43,562 bases of DNA from Burkholderiales bacterium. GTDB lineage: Bacteria; Pseudomonadota; Gammaproteobacteria; Burkholderiales; Burkholderiaceae_C. The translations under genes and the position numbers were made by a program. The stretch covers positions 1-43,562 of the forward strand of contig JANNJX010000001.1 in NCBI GenBank assembly GCA_031396005.1. The letters run 5' to 3'. The notes under the pieces are model-generated. The model was not told where the DNA came from and made no database searches. It was given only the letters and a program-made list of their open reading frames with translations. Numbering within the stretch: the stretch's first letter is position 1; every line of letters starts with the position of its first letter. This document shows positions 14,757-24,397 of the stretch, piece after piece.

Positions 14757-17339
14757 ATGCGCCGCCTGCTCACCGCTCTGTTGACGTTTGGCGGCCTTGC
14801 GCTGTCCGCGCCTGCCGGCGCGGCAGTGATGATCAGCCAGGTGTATGGCGGCGGCGGCAACGCCGGCGCGCCGCTCAACAACGACTTCGTTGAGCTACAC
14901 AACAACGGCTCGACCGCGGTCAGCCTCACCGGCTGGTCGGTGCAGTACGCGTCCGCCGCCGGCACCACCTGGTCGGGCGCACAACTGACGGCCCTGTCCG
15001 CATCGATCCCGGCCGGCGGCTACTATTTGGTTCAGCTCGGCGCCGGTGCCAATGCGCCGGCACCGCTGCCCTCGCCCGATGCCGTCGGCACCACCGCGAT
15101 GAGCGCAACGGCCGGCAAGGTGGCGCTGGTCAACAGCACGACCGCGCTCGCCGGCGCCTGCCCGAGCAGCGACCCAAGCGCCTGCCCGAGCAGCGACCCA
15201 AGCGTGATCGACTTCGTCGGCTACGGCGCCACCGCCAGTTGCTCTGATGCCGCACCGGCCCCGGCACCGTCGAACACCACCGCACTGATCCGCGCCAGCG
15301 TCGGCAACAGTTGCGTGGACAGCGGCAACAACAGCGCCGACTTCGCCGCGCTGGCGCCCTTGCCGCGCAACACCGCCGCGCCGGCACAACCTTGCCGCGG
15401 TGGTGGTGGCGGGCCGACGCCACTCGACGCGAAGGTCTATGAGATCCAGGGCAGCGGCGCGCAGAGCGCGCTGGCCAGCCGTCTCGTCACCACCAGCGGC
15501 GTGGTCACGCGGATCAACAACAACGGCTTCTTCATGCAGGACCTCAGCGGCGACGGCAACCCGGCCACGTCCGACGGTATCTTTGTCTTCATCGGCACGA
15601 CGGCGTTTCCCGCGGTCGCCGTCGGCAACCTGGTCAGCGTGACGGCGAGAGTGACCGAGTTCAACACCGGAGTGCTGCCGAGCGCGGCCACGCCCACGCC
15701 GACGGTGACCGAGTTGACCTCCGTCAGCAGCGTGACCCAGGTCGGCAGCGGCTACACGATCGCGCCCACCTCTGTGAGCCTGCCCGAGCCGGTCGAGGGC
15801 GATCTAGAGCGCTACGAAGGCATGCTGGTCACGTTGATCGGGCCGTTCACGATCGGCCAGAACTTCTTCCAGGGCCGCTATGGCCAACTGACGCTGGGCT
15901 TCAACGGCCGGCTCGAGACTCCGACCAACCGCTATCGCCCGGGCAGCACGCAGGCGCTGGCGCTGGCTGACGAGAACGCCCGCCGCCGCATCCTGCTCGA
16001 CGACGGCAGCAGCCTGCAAAACCCCAACCCCACGCCCTATCTCGACTTGGCGAGCGCGCTGCCGCGCGCCGGCGACACGGTCGGCTCGATCACCGGCGTG
16101 ATCGACTTCGGCCTGGCCACCAACATCAACCCCGGCCTGGGCGACTACAAGATCCATCCCACGGTGATGCCCACGTTCACGATTGCCAACCCGCGCGCGA
16201 GCGCGTCGGCGCCGGTCGGCGGCAGCATCAAGGTGGCCAGCTTCAACGTGCTGAACTTCTTCACCACGTTCACGGACGGCAGCACAGCCGACGGCCAGAC
16301 CAACCAGGGCTGCGCGCTCGGCAGCACGGTCGCCGCGGCCAACTGCCGCGGCGCCGACAACCTGGCCGAGTTCAACCGCCAGCGCGCCAAGATCGTCGAG
16401 GCCATGGCCGCGCTCGATGCCGACGCGCTGGGCCTGATGGAGATCCAGAACAACGGCAATGTGGCGGCGCAGAACCTGGTCGATGCCCTGAACGCGCGCG
16501 TCGGCTCATCGACCTATGCGGTGACGGCGTTGCCGGCGCAGAGCACGGGGACGGATGCAATCCGGGTGGCGATCATCTACAAGCCGGCGCGGCTGGCTCC
16601 CGTGGGCGCGCCGGTCAGCGACCCCGACCCGATCAACAATCGGCCCACCCTGGCACAGACCTTCGTCGCCAAGGGCGAGCGCTTCACGCTGGTTGTGAAC
16701 CACCTCAAGTCGAAGGGCAGTTGTCCGGCGCCCACGGACGCCGATGCCGCCGGCAATCTCGACAGTGGCGACGGCCAGGGTTGCTGGAACGCGCAGCGGC
16801 TGGCGCAGGCGCAGCGGCTGCGCACCTTCGTGGCCAGCCTGCAGGCCCTGTCGGGCAGCAGCAGCGCGCTGCTGATCGGCGACTTCAACGCTTATGCGCA
16901 GGAAGACCCGATCTACAACCTGACCAGCAGCGGCTATGTCGATCAGGTCGGGCGCTTCAACCCCTTCGGCTACTCCTACGTCTTCGACGGCGCGGCCGGC
17001 CGGCTCGATCACGCCATCACCACCGGTGCGCTCTCGACCAAGGTGACGGGGGTCGCACACTGGCACATCAATGCCGACGAAACCTCGCTGGCCGACTACA
17101 ACCTGGAATTCAAGGCGCCGGCCACCAACTGCGGCGGCCTGTGCCCGCCGGATCCCTACAGGGCCACGCCGTATCGCTCTTCGGATCACGATCCGGTGGT
17201 CGTGGGCTTGACTTTGCTGGCGGTGGCGACTGACAAGGAATCGTGCAAGGCGGACGGCTGGACGTCGCTCTACCGTGCCGATGGTTCAGGGTTCAAGAAC
17301 CAGGGCGATTGCGTTCAGTACGTGAACACGGGGAAGTAG
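14757..17339 (+). CDS. ExeM/NucH-family extracellular nuclease (lamin-tail domain plus endonuclease/exonuclease/phosphatase domain)
   Basis: The signal peptide is MRRLLTALLTFGGLALSAPAGA. The LTD-like block is ISQVYGGGGNAGAPLNNDFVELHNNG...GWSVQYASAAG. The EEP blocks are VASFNVLNFF, LGLMEIQNN, VVNHLKSKG, LIGDFNAY and SSDHDPVV. Confidence 0.85.
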   Translation: MRRLLTALLTFGGLALSAPAGAAVMISQVYGGGGNAGAPLNNDFVELHNNGSTAVSLTGWSVQYASAAGTTWSGAQLTALSASIPAGGYYLVQLGAGANAPAPLPSPDAVGTTAMSATAGKVALVNSTTALAGACPSSDPSACPSSDPSVIDFVGYGATASCSDAAPAPAPSNTTALIRASVGNSCVDSGNNSADFAALAPLPRNTAAPAQPCRGGGGGPTPLDAKVYEIQGSGAQSALASRLVTTSGVVTRINNNGFFMQDLSGDGNPATSDGIFVFIGTTAFPAVAVGNLVSVTARVTEFNTGVLPSAATPTPTVTELTSVSSVTQVGSGYTIAPTSVSLPEPVEGDLERYEGMLVTLIGPFTIGQNFFQGRYGQLTLGFNGRLETPTNRYRPGSTQALALADENARRRILLDDGSSLQNPNPTPYLDLASALPRAGDTVGSITGVIDFGLATNINPGLGDYKIHPTVMPTFTIANPRASASAPVGGSIKVASFNVLNFFTTFTDGSTADGQTNQGCALGSTVAAANCRGADNLAEFNRQRAKIVEAMAALDADALGLMEIQNNGNVAAQNLVDALNARVGSSTYAVTALPAQSTGTDAIRVAIIYKPARLAPVGAPVSDPDPINNRPTLAQTFVAKGERFTLVVNHLKSKGSCPAPTDADAAGNLDSGDGQGCWNAQRLAQAQRLRTFVASLQALSGSSSALLIGDFNAYAQEDPIYNLTSSGYVDQVGRFNPFGYSYVFDGAAGRLDHAITTGALSTKVTGVAHWHINADETSLADYNLEFKAPATNCGGLCPPDPYRATPYRSSDHDPVVVGLTLLAVATDKESCKADGWTSLYRADGSGFKNQGDCVQYVNTGK
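15156..15203 (+). repeat. Perfect 24-bp tandem duplication inside the nuclease gene
   Basis: GCCTGCCCGAGCAGCGACCCAAGC occurs twice back to back (15156-15179 and 15180-15203). It encodes ACPSSDPS-ACPSSDPS. Confidence 0.9.
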
Positions 17340-17344
17340 GCTGA

Positions 17345-17866
17345 TTGCGGGACGGCATGGCCTCTGCTCGGCACGCCGGACCTCACTTGCTGCGAAGCGG
17401 ATCAGGCCGCGTCTTTCCACTCATTGAGCGCGATCGGACTACGCATGCGAGCGTCGGGAACTCGACCGCAGGCTCGTTTCTTGGGCGGCCCGCGCCACAG
17501 GTTAACTTGCTCAGCTCGCGCGCTTCAGATCGCTCGCCGCCGGAGGCGCCAGCAGTTCTCCGCTTGCGACCGTGTGACATGTCCGCGCAGTGTGAGTTGG
17601 ATCTCCGATTCCGACCCACAGCACGCGTTCGCATCAGAGGGCTCCAACGTAGGCAATCTAGCGGTCACCCGACCATGAGGTGTCACTGCTGTTGTGCTGC
17701 ACGCGGCCAGGAGCGTCAGTTCGTCCAATGGCCAGAAAGCTGAAAAATCTGACGTTAACGCCGCGCCCAACGAAGATCGTAGCTACCAAACCTGCGCTGC
17801 GTCTTAGGACGCGGTCCGTGCGAAACATCGATCGAAGCGCCCAACCGTCTACCCCCAACGCCCCTG
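17345..17866 (-). mobile_element. Relic R1: decayed 3' portion of an IS91/ISCR-family transposase gene
   Basis: The minus-strand translation contains GLVATIFVGRGVNVRFFSFLAIGRTDAPGRV. It has the same spacing as the remembered block RLAALVPRPRLHLIRFHGVLAPNAKLRAQV (L2, A4, R10, R15-F16, L20-A21). A further stretch, SEIQLTLRGH, matches the tail of R8. Several frameshifts are present. Confidence 0.55.
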
Positions 17867-18667
17867 TCAAGGCCACTCGCCCCGCTCAAGGCGACCTTCG
17901 ATCCGGTCGATGACGGGCAGCAGGTCTGCCACGCTGTCGATTACCTCGTGTGCCCCGGCGCGCTCCAACTTACCGACGGCCCGCCAGCGGCGTTCAGCGC
18001 GCTCGTCGGGACTCAGCGCTTCGAGTTCGGCAAGCGACAGGCCCAACGCGTTGCCCGACATGGCCACGCCCACCGTCCAGCAGCCGGCGTGCAAGCCTTC
18101 AGCGATGCCCACGTCGGTGTCGTCGATCTTCACCACTGCCGAGGCGGGCCAGACGCCGAGGTCGAGGAAACACTTGTAGATCATCGCCGGCGTCGGCCGG
18201 CCCAGCGTCAGATCGCCAGCACAGACCAGGTTGTCCGGGGCCAGGCCCTGCGCCGCCGCAGCAGGCAGCAGCCGCTCCATGATCTCGCGCGTGTAGCCGG
18301 TCGTGGAGCCGATGCGCAGGCCCCGCGCCCGCAGCGCGCCGTGGGTTTCGATCACGCCCGGAATCACGTCGGCGAAGTCGGTCACCACCGACGCGTTGAG
18401 TGGCACGAACACCTCGTAGATTCGGTCCACATCGGCCTGGCTCGGTGCCGCGCCGTGGGCCGCCTGCCAGCGCGAGGCGATGGCCGGGTTGTCGAGCAAG
18501 GTCTTGATGTGATCCCACTTGGGCAGACCCATTGGGCCGCGCGCTTCGTCAATCGAGATCGTCACCTTGAAGTCGGCAAAGACCTTGACGAAAGCGCCCA
18601 TCGGCGCGCGCGAGCCGTGGTCGACCATCGTTCCGGCCCAGTCGAAGACAGCGGCTTTGAGTTTCAT
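17867..18667 (-). CDS. phnX: Phosphonoacetaldehyde hydrolase (phosphonatase)
   Basis: The HAD motif I context MKLKAAVFDWAGTMVDHGSRAPMGAFVKVF...EARGPMGLPKWDHI is highly characteristic of PhnX. Confidence 0.9.
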   Translation of the reverse strand: MKLKAAVFDWAGTMVDHGSRAPMGAFVKVFADFKVTISIDEARGPMGLPKWDHIKTLLDNPAIASRWQAAHGAAPSQADVDRIYEVFVPLNASVVTDFADVIPGVIETHGALRARGLRIGSTTGYTREIMERLLPAAAAQGLAPDNLVCAGDLTLGRPTPAMIYKCFLDLGVWPASAVVKIDDTDVGIAEGLHAGCWTVGVAMSGNALGLSLAELEALSPDERAERRWRAVGKLERAGAHEVIDSVADLLPVIDRIEGRLERGEWP

Positions 18668-19821
18668 ACAGGGGCTCCTTGAGAGCTGCCAAACAGTTCG
18701 TTGATCACTTCTTCACCAATGGCGAAGGCGGTGGACGCGCCGGTGCCGCTGGTGACCACGGCAATGCGCACGCTGTCCGATGGCCGATCGATCAGCATCA
18801 GCCGCTCGTTGGCCGAAGCATAGATGCCGATCCATCGCTGCACGACGCGGCGTTCGGGTGCAGCCAACACCGCATCGAACTCGTCGAGGATGATCTGGTC
18901 GACCGCCTCCGGTGCGAACGGATCCGGGGTCTGGCCGTAGTGGTGGCTGTCGCCCACCACCAGCGAGCCGTCGGCCGACTGCACGACGATCAGGTGAACG
19001 CCGTTGGCCAGGGCCGGCGCTTCCTCGGCCTCGAGCTGGCCACGCAGTGCCTGCGCCTGCGGCAGTTCGGCATAACCCAGGTAGCGCACCAAACCCAGAT
19101 CGGACATCACCGCAGAGCCCAGACGCGGCCGAGCGCGATCGACCTGAACGCGCAGCATGTGCAGCTTGCAGCGCGTCAGGCCATAGGCGGCCAGGCGGTC
19201 GGGGAACAGGGTCAGAAAGTCGTCGCCGGGGCACACGACCGCAGCCTCAGCATGCACCACGCCGCGGTTGGTCTGCAGGCGCGGCGGTGCCACGTCATGA
19301 ACCAGCGTCGAACGCAGGAAGCTGACGCCATGCGCCTCTTGCAGCCAAGCCGCCAGACGTGGGATGGCGTCGCGGCTTTCGACGCGCAGTTCGTGCGGCG
19401 ACCACAGCGCGACACGCAGCGCGTCGTCGCGCAGCAGCGGCGCTCGCGCCTTGGCTTGCGATGGTGTCAGCAGCTCGCAAGCGCGGCCCATTTCGGTGGC
19501 GGCAAAGGCTTCCAGTACGTCAACTGCAGCGTCGCGGCGCACCGCAACGCACAGCCCGGCGTGTTCGACGGTGATGCCGGCCTGGGGCGCCACTTCGGCC
19601 CAGACGTCGCGCGAACGCATGGCACGCTGCCAGCAGGCACCGGCCTGCTGGCCGGTGACGGTGACGAAGCCGAAGTTGCGGATGGACGCGCCGTTGGCTT
19701 GCGCGTCGCGGTCGATGACGACCACCTTCTTGCCAAGGCGCGCGGCGGCCAGCGCATGGGCCAGGCCGACGATACCGGCGCCGACGACGGCCAGGTCGAA
19801 GTGGGTGTCGGTTGTGCTCAT
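18664..19821 (-). CDS. FAD-dependent oxidoreductase of the type recurrent in aminoethylphosphonate clusters (TIGR03364-like)
   Basis: The N-terminal dinucleotide fold is FDLAVVGAGIVGLAHALAAARLGKKVVVIDRD. A 4-nt overlap with phnX places it inside the phosphonate operon. Confidence 0.8.
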   Translation of the reverse strand: MSTTDTHFDLAVVGAGIVGLAHALAAARLGKKVVVIDRDAQANGASIRNFGFVTVTGQQAGACWQRAMRSRDVWAEVAPQAGITVEHAGLCVAVRRDAAVDVLEAFAATEMGRACELLTPSQAKARAPLLRDDALRVALWSPHELRVESRDAIPRLAAWLQEAHGVSFLRSTLVHDVAPPRLQTNRGVVHAEAAVVCPGDDFLTLFPDRLAAYGLTRCKLHMLRVQVDRARPRLGSAVMSDLGLVRYLGYAELPQAQALRGQLEAEEAPALANGVHLIVVQSADGSLVVGDSHHYGQTPDPFAPEAVDQIILDEFDAVLAAPERRVVQRWIGIYASANERLMLIDRPSDSVRIAVVTSGTGASTAFAIGEEVINELFGSSQGAPV

Positions 19822-19839
19822 ACGTGTGTCCGGACAACG

Positions 19840-21540
19840 TCAGCGCGTGCGCCAGGCCTGCGTGCGAAAGAGCAGGCCGCGAATCACCTTGCTGTAGACC
19901 ACGCGCACGGTCAACGCGGCGAAAAAGATCGTCATCGCCATCGCGGCAGAAGGTGCCGTGTCGCCCGCGTCATCCATATTGAGCACGGCGATCGATGCCA
20001 GCGTGGTGTCGGGCGAGTACAAGAAGACCACGGCCGAGACCGTGGTCAGCGCATTGACGAACAGATAGATCGCGATGTCCAGCACGGCTGGCAGGCACAC
20101 CGGCAGCGTGACACGCAGAAAGGTCGACGCCAGTGGCACGCGCAGCGAGGCCGAGACGGTTTCCACCTCCTGGTCGATCTGCTTTAGGGCAGTGATGGCG
20201 GTCAGGTGCGCCACCGAATAGAAGTGCGCCATCGTGCAGACGACCAGGATGGTCATGGTGCCGTAGATGAAATTCACCGGGTTGCCGGGCAGATTGAAAA
20301 AGAAGATGTAGCCCAGGCCGAGCACGATGCCCGGCACGGCCAGCGGCAGCAGTGCCAGGAACTGGAACAGCACGCGAGCGCTGCGAAAGCCCTTTGTCTT
20401 CTCGACGAGGTAGGCGCCGACAAAGACCACCGCAGTGCCGAACACCGCCACCAGGCCGGCCAGGCGCAGGGAGTTGAAGAAACTGCCCCAGCCGCCGCCG
20501 TCCATGTTGCCGAAGTCGTAGTTCTTCAACGAAGGCATCAGGTTGTAGGGCCAGAGCGTGGCCAGCGAGGCGAAGAAGGCCACACCGATCATCACCAGAA
20601 TCGCCGCAGCGATCAGCACGCAGATCACGAAGAAGGCACGGTCGACGGCGCGATCGGGCTTGGGCGCAAAGGCCACGGCGCGCGATGACATCGCGGTGCT
20701 CTGCCGCGACTGCACCCATTGGTCGACGAAGAAAGACAACACCGCTGGCAACAGCAGGATCAAGCCGACCACCGCACCCATGCGGAAGTTCTGCTGCCCG
20801 ATGACCTGTTTGTAGATGTCGGTGGCCAGCACGTTGAACTGGCCGCCGATGACCTTGGGCACGCCGAAATCCGTGATCACCAGCGTGAAGACCACGAACG
20901 TCGCGCTGATGAGCCCGTAGCGCGCGCCAGGCAGGGTGACGGTCCAGAAGGTGCGCCAGGCGCCAGCCTTGAGCGACTCGGCCGCTTCATAGAGCCGAGC
21001 ATCCGAGGTGGCCAGCGCGGTGCTGATGATGATCAGCGCATGCGGGAAGGTCCAGAACACCTCGCCCATCACGACGCCGGTCGGGCCGTAGATGGAGTGC
21101 CCGAACATCAGGCCCTTGGCGATGCCCTGGTTGCCGAACAGGTAGACGAGGCTGATCGCCGGCAGCAGCGACGGTGCGAGCAACGGCACCTGCGAGATCA
21201 GCTTGAACGCAGTACGCCCCGGCATGCAGGTGCGGTGGATGCCGTACGCAAACACGAATGCCAGCAGAACGCACAGGGCGGTGCTGAGCAGCGACATCCA
21301 GACGCTGTTCCAGATCGACTGCGTCAGCGCCGGGTTGGCGAAGTACTGCGCGAAGTTGGCCAGGCCGACGAACGAGCCGTCGGCAGCCTGCACGCTCTTG
21401 ACCAGCAGCGCGCCCAGCGGCAGCAGCACGGTGACGAGCAACCACAGCGTGATGAGCACCAGCACCGAACGCATCGCGATGTCGTCGCTGCTCGTGCGCT
21501 GGCGCACGGGCGCGCCGCGTGACTGCAGCGGCGCAGCCAT
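19840..21540 (-). CDS. Fused two-domain ABC transporter permease (putative 2-aminoethylphosphonate importer)
   Basis: This ~566-aa polytopic protein has two permease halves, each with an EAA-type loop (YEAAESLKAGAWRTFWTVTLP and VETVSASLRVPLASTFLRVTLP). The start is taken at ATG 21540, 23 nt after the ATPase stop. The longer ORF extension to 21810 is Arg-rich nonsense. Confidence 0.85.
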   Translation of the reverse strand: MAAPLQSRGAPVRQRTSSDDIAMRSVLVLITLWLLVTVLLPLGALLVKSVQAADGSFVGLANFAQYFANPALTQSIWNSVWMSLLSTALCVLLAFVFAYGIHRTCMPGRTAFKLISQVPLLAPSLLPAISLVYLFGNQGIAKGLMFGHSIYGPTGVVMGEVFWTFPHALIIISTALATSDARLYEAAESLKAGAWRTFWTVTLPGARYGLISATFVVFTLVITDFGVPKVIGGQFNVLATDIYKQVIGQQNFRMGAVVGLILLLPAVLSFFVDQWVQSRQSTAMSSRAVAFAPKPDRAVDRAFFVICVLIAAAILVMIGVAFFASLATLWPYNLMPSLKNYDFGNMDGGGWGSFFNSLRLAGLVAVFGTAVVFVGAYLVEKTKGFRSARVLFQFLALLPLAVPGIVLGLGYIFFFNLPGNPVNFIYGTMTILVVCTMAHFYSVAHLTAITALKQIDQEVETVSASLRVPLASTFLRVTLPVCLPAVLDIAIYLFVNALTTVSAVVFLYSPDTTLASIAVLNMDDAGDTAPSAAMAMTIFFAALTVRVVYSKVIRGLLFRTQAWRTR

Positions 21541-21563
21541 CGGTGCGTTCTGCGTGGCGGTGT

Positions 21564-22649
21564 TCAAGAGGCGGCAAAAACGTGCAGCCGATCGGGCGGC
21601 AGGGCGGCCGCGATGCGGGCGCCGGTGCGGATGCCCAGGTCGCGAACGTCGTTCATCGACAGGTCGGCGCTGACGCTCAGCCGGGAACCCGGCAGGTGCA
21701 GCGTGGTCGCAAAGTGGTTGCCCATGAACTCCATCGCACCGACGTCGGCTTCGAAGGTGTTGGCACCACCGTCGGTGTTGCGCACGACGATGTCTTCGGG
21801 CCGCAGGCACAGGGTGATGGCCGTACCGTGAGCGCGATCCAGTGCGGCGTCGAAGGACAGCACCGTCCCCTGGCAGTCCGCCTTCGAGTCCGCGAGCAGC
21901 CGGCCCTCCATGAAATTCATGCGGCCGATGAAGTCGGCAATAAACGGCGAGGCCGGCTTGCGGTAAACCTCGTCGGGCGTGCCAACCTGCTCGACGCGGC
22001 CTTTGCTCATCACGACGATGCGGTCGGACATCGTCAGCGCTTCTTCCTGGTCGTGCGTCACCATCACGGTGGTGATGCCCAAGCGCTGCTGCAGCGCCCG
22101 AATCTCGCCGCGCAGATGTGCGCGCACGCGCGCGTCCAGAGCCGACAGCGGCTCGTCCAGCAACAGCAGTCCCGGCGAGAGCGCCAGTGCACGCGCCAGC
22201 GAGACACGCTGCTGCTGTCCGCCCGACAGCTGGGCCGGGTACTTGTCGGATTGGTCGGCCAGGCCGACCATGGCAAGCAAGTCCTTGACGCGGACGTCGA
22301 TCTGTGCCCGCTCCTTCTTGGCCGCCACCAGGCCGTAGCCCACGTTGTCCTTGATGCGCAGGTTAGGAAACAGCGCGTAGGACTGGAACACGATGCCGAA
22401 ATCGCGCTGGTTGACCGGCAGATTGGAAATGTCTCGCCCGTCCTGGTGCACGCTGCCGGTGGTCTGCACATCGAGGCCCGAGATCGCGCGCAGTAGCGTC
22501 GTCTTGCCGCAGCCCGACGGGCCGAGGAAGGAGATGAACTCGCCGCGCCGGATATCGAGGTCGACATCGTGCAGCGCGGTGAAGTCACCGAAGCGCTTGC
22601 TGAGGCCGCGGATCGTGAGGTAGGTGTCCGGTTCGACGTTCGGCGTCAT
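21564..22649 (-). CDS. ABC transporter ATP-binding protein (putative 2-aminoethylphosphonate importer)
   Basis: All canonical motifs are present: Walker A GPSGCGKTT, Q-loop VFQSYALF, signature LSGGQQQR, Walker B LLLLDEPLSALD and H-loop VTHD. The start is ATG 22649. Confidence 0.9.
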   Translation of the reverse strand: MTPNVEPDTYLTIRGLSKRFGDFTALHDVDLDIRRGEFISFLGPSGCGKTTLLRAISGLDVQTTGSVHQDGRDISNLPVNQRDFGIVFQSYALFPNLRIKDNVGYGLVAAKKERAQIDVRVKDLLAMVGLADQSDKYPAQLSGGQQQRVSLARALALSPGLLLLDEPLSALDARVRAHLRGEIRALQQRLGITTVMVTHDQEEALTMSDRIVVMSKGRVEQVGTPDEVYRKPASPFIADFIGRMNFMEGRLLADSKADCQGTVLSFDAALDRAHGTAITLCLRPEDIVVRNTDGGANTFEADVGAMEFMGNHFATTLHLPGSRLSVSADLSMNDVRDLGIRTGARIAAALPPDRLHVFAAS

Positions 22650-22666
22650 GGCAGGTCCTCTGCGTC

Positions 22667-23674
22667 CTACTTGGCTTCGGTCTTGCCGTCGTAGCGCTTC
22701 TTCCACTCCGCGAGGACGCGCTCGCGGTTGGCCGCCGACCAGGCGAAGTCGTTCTTCGCCAGCATCTTCTCCACATCGCCCGTGATGTGTTCGAGCTTGC
22801 TCTGCACGCCGGGCATCGCAACAATCGCGAAGTTCTCGGCATAGAGCTTGTTGGCATCGGCCGTGACCGCCCAGTCGAGCAGTTTTTTCGCCGCATCGAC
22901 CTGCTTGGTGGTGCCCATGATCGAGGCGGCCTCCATGTCCCAGCCCAGGCCCTCCTTGGGCAGGATGGCGTCGATCGGAGCGCCGTCTTTCTTCGTCTTG
23001 TTGGCGCGGTACTCGAATGAGAAGCCCACCGCATACTCGCCGGCGGCCGCCTGGCGGCAGGGCTTGGAGCCCGAGTGCGTGTAAGAGGCGACGTTCTGGT
23101 GCAGGCCGTCCATGTACTTCCAAGCCGCGTCTTCGCCCATCATCTGAATCCAGCCGGTGACCATCAGGTAGCCCGTGCCCGACGACGCTGGGTTGGGCAT
23201 CGTGATCTGGCCTTTGTACGCCGGCTTGACCAGGTCGGCCCAGGAGGTCGGTGCCGGGATGGATTTCTTGCCGGCCTCCACGGTGTTGAAGCAGATCGCC
23301 GAGGCCCAGATGTCCATGCCGACCCACTTTGGTGGGTTGGCCTTGTCGCGCATCATCGGCTTGAGCTGGTCCATGCCCTTGGGCGCGTAAGCCATCAGCA
23401 TGCCTTCCTTGTCGAGAAGCATCAGCGAGGTGGCGGCCAGCCCGAAGACCACGTCGGCCTGCGGATTGGCCTTCTCGGCCAACAGCTTCGCAGTTACCAC
23501 GCCCGTGGAGTCACGCACCCAGCGGATCTTCACGTCGGGGTATGCCTTAGCGAAGCCGGCCTGGTAGGCCTTGATCTGGTCCGCTTCGAGCGCCGTGTAG
23601 ACAGTCAGTTCTTGCGCGTGCGCCGAAACTGCCGCCGCGCCCAGCAGGGCGGCGGCAATGGTTTTGCTGAACAT
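22667..23674 (-). CDS. Periplasmic substrate-binding protein (putative 2-aminoethylphosphonate / iron(III)-type SBP family)
   Basis: AGGAG precedes ATG 23674. The signal peptide is MFSKTIAAALLGAAAVSAHA. The mature protein (ELTVYTALEADQIKAYQAGF...SSGTGYL) is typical of this SBP class. It is the first gene of the operon. Confidence 0.85.
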   Translation of the reverse strand: MFSKTIAAALLGAAAVSAHAQELTVYTALEADQIKAYQAGFAKAYPDVKIRWVRDSTGVVTAKLLAEKANPQADVVFGLAATSLMLLDKEGMLMAYAPKGMDQLKPMMRDKANPPKWVGMDIWASAICFNTVEAGKKSIPAPTSWADLVKPAYKGQITMPNPASSGTGYLMVTGWIQMMGEDAAWKYMDGLHQNVASYTHSGSKPCRQAAAGEYAVGFSFEYRANKTKKDGAPIDAILPKEGLGWDMEAASIMGTTKQVDAAKKLLDWAVTADANKLYAENFAIVAMPGVQSKLEHITGDVEKMLAKNDFAWSAANRERVLAEWKKRYDGKTEAK

Positions 23675-23740
23675 GAAGACTCCTCGTGGCGCTACGAAGG
23701 CACCTATGTTGAAGACAGCCAGTGAACCTATCGGTGGACT

Positions 23741-23758
23741 GCGACGGTTTGGTGACAG
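23741..23758 (-). promoter_or_regulatory. Candidate Pho box upstream of the phosphonate transporter operon
   Basis: The minus strand reads CTGTCAC-CAAA-CCGTCGC, a 7-4-7 direct-repeat layout resembling CTGTCAT-N4-CTGTCAT. It lies about 67-84 nt upstream of the SBP start codon. Confidence 0.25.
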
Positions 23759-23788
23759 AACTCGCTGGTCGAGGGTAGACCCCGGGGC

Positions 23789-24397
23789 ATGCGCCGCCGA
23801 CGTTCCATCACCGTGACTGCGTGGCAAACTGAGGCGGTGCAAACGCCATCCGACTTAGTTTCTCTGTGGAGTGCCAGGGGCCACATCGCCTACCAAGGCG
23901 AAGGTGTGAGCCAGCTCGAGCATGCCTGGCAGAGCGGCCGGCTGGCACTGCAGGCGCGCACGTCGCCGTAGCTGCAACTGGCGGCCTGGCTGCACGATGT
24001 GGGGCACCTGATGACGGTACTTGAGGGATCACCGACGGTGCAGGGCATCGACGACATGCACGAGCACATCGGAGCGGCCGGATTGACCGCCCTCTTCGGC
24101 CCAGCGGTGGCGCGCCCGGTGGCGCTGCACGTGGCGGCCAAGCGCTGCCTGGTGAGTACGCAACCCGGTTACGCCGCGTCGCTTTCGCCCGATTCAGTGC
24201 GCAGCTTGGCGCTGCAGGGTGGCCCGATGACAAACGATGAGTGCGCGGCGTTCACGCGTCAAGCCCACGCCCGAGACGCGCTGCGTTTGCGAGTTTGGGA
24301 CGATGTGGCCAAGCGGCGCGACCTGAAGCCGCCCGACACCCCATCGATGCTTGCCGAGCTCTCAGCACTGATGGCCGTGGTCGTGGCTGCGCGCTGA
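23789..24397 (+). pseudogene. HD-domain phosphohydrolase/oxygenase of the phosphonate-cluster-associated (PhnZ-like) type, interrupted by an in-frame TAG
   Basis: ORFs 23789..23971 and 23999..24397 are in the same frame. Joined, they read ...GEGVSQLEHAWQSGRLALQARTSP*LQLAAWLHDVGHLMT..., so the HD motif follows the stop at 23969-23971. Confidence 0.7.
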
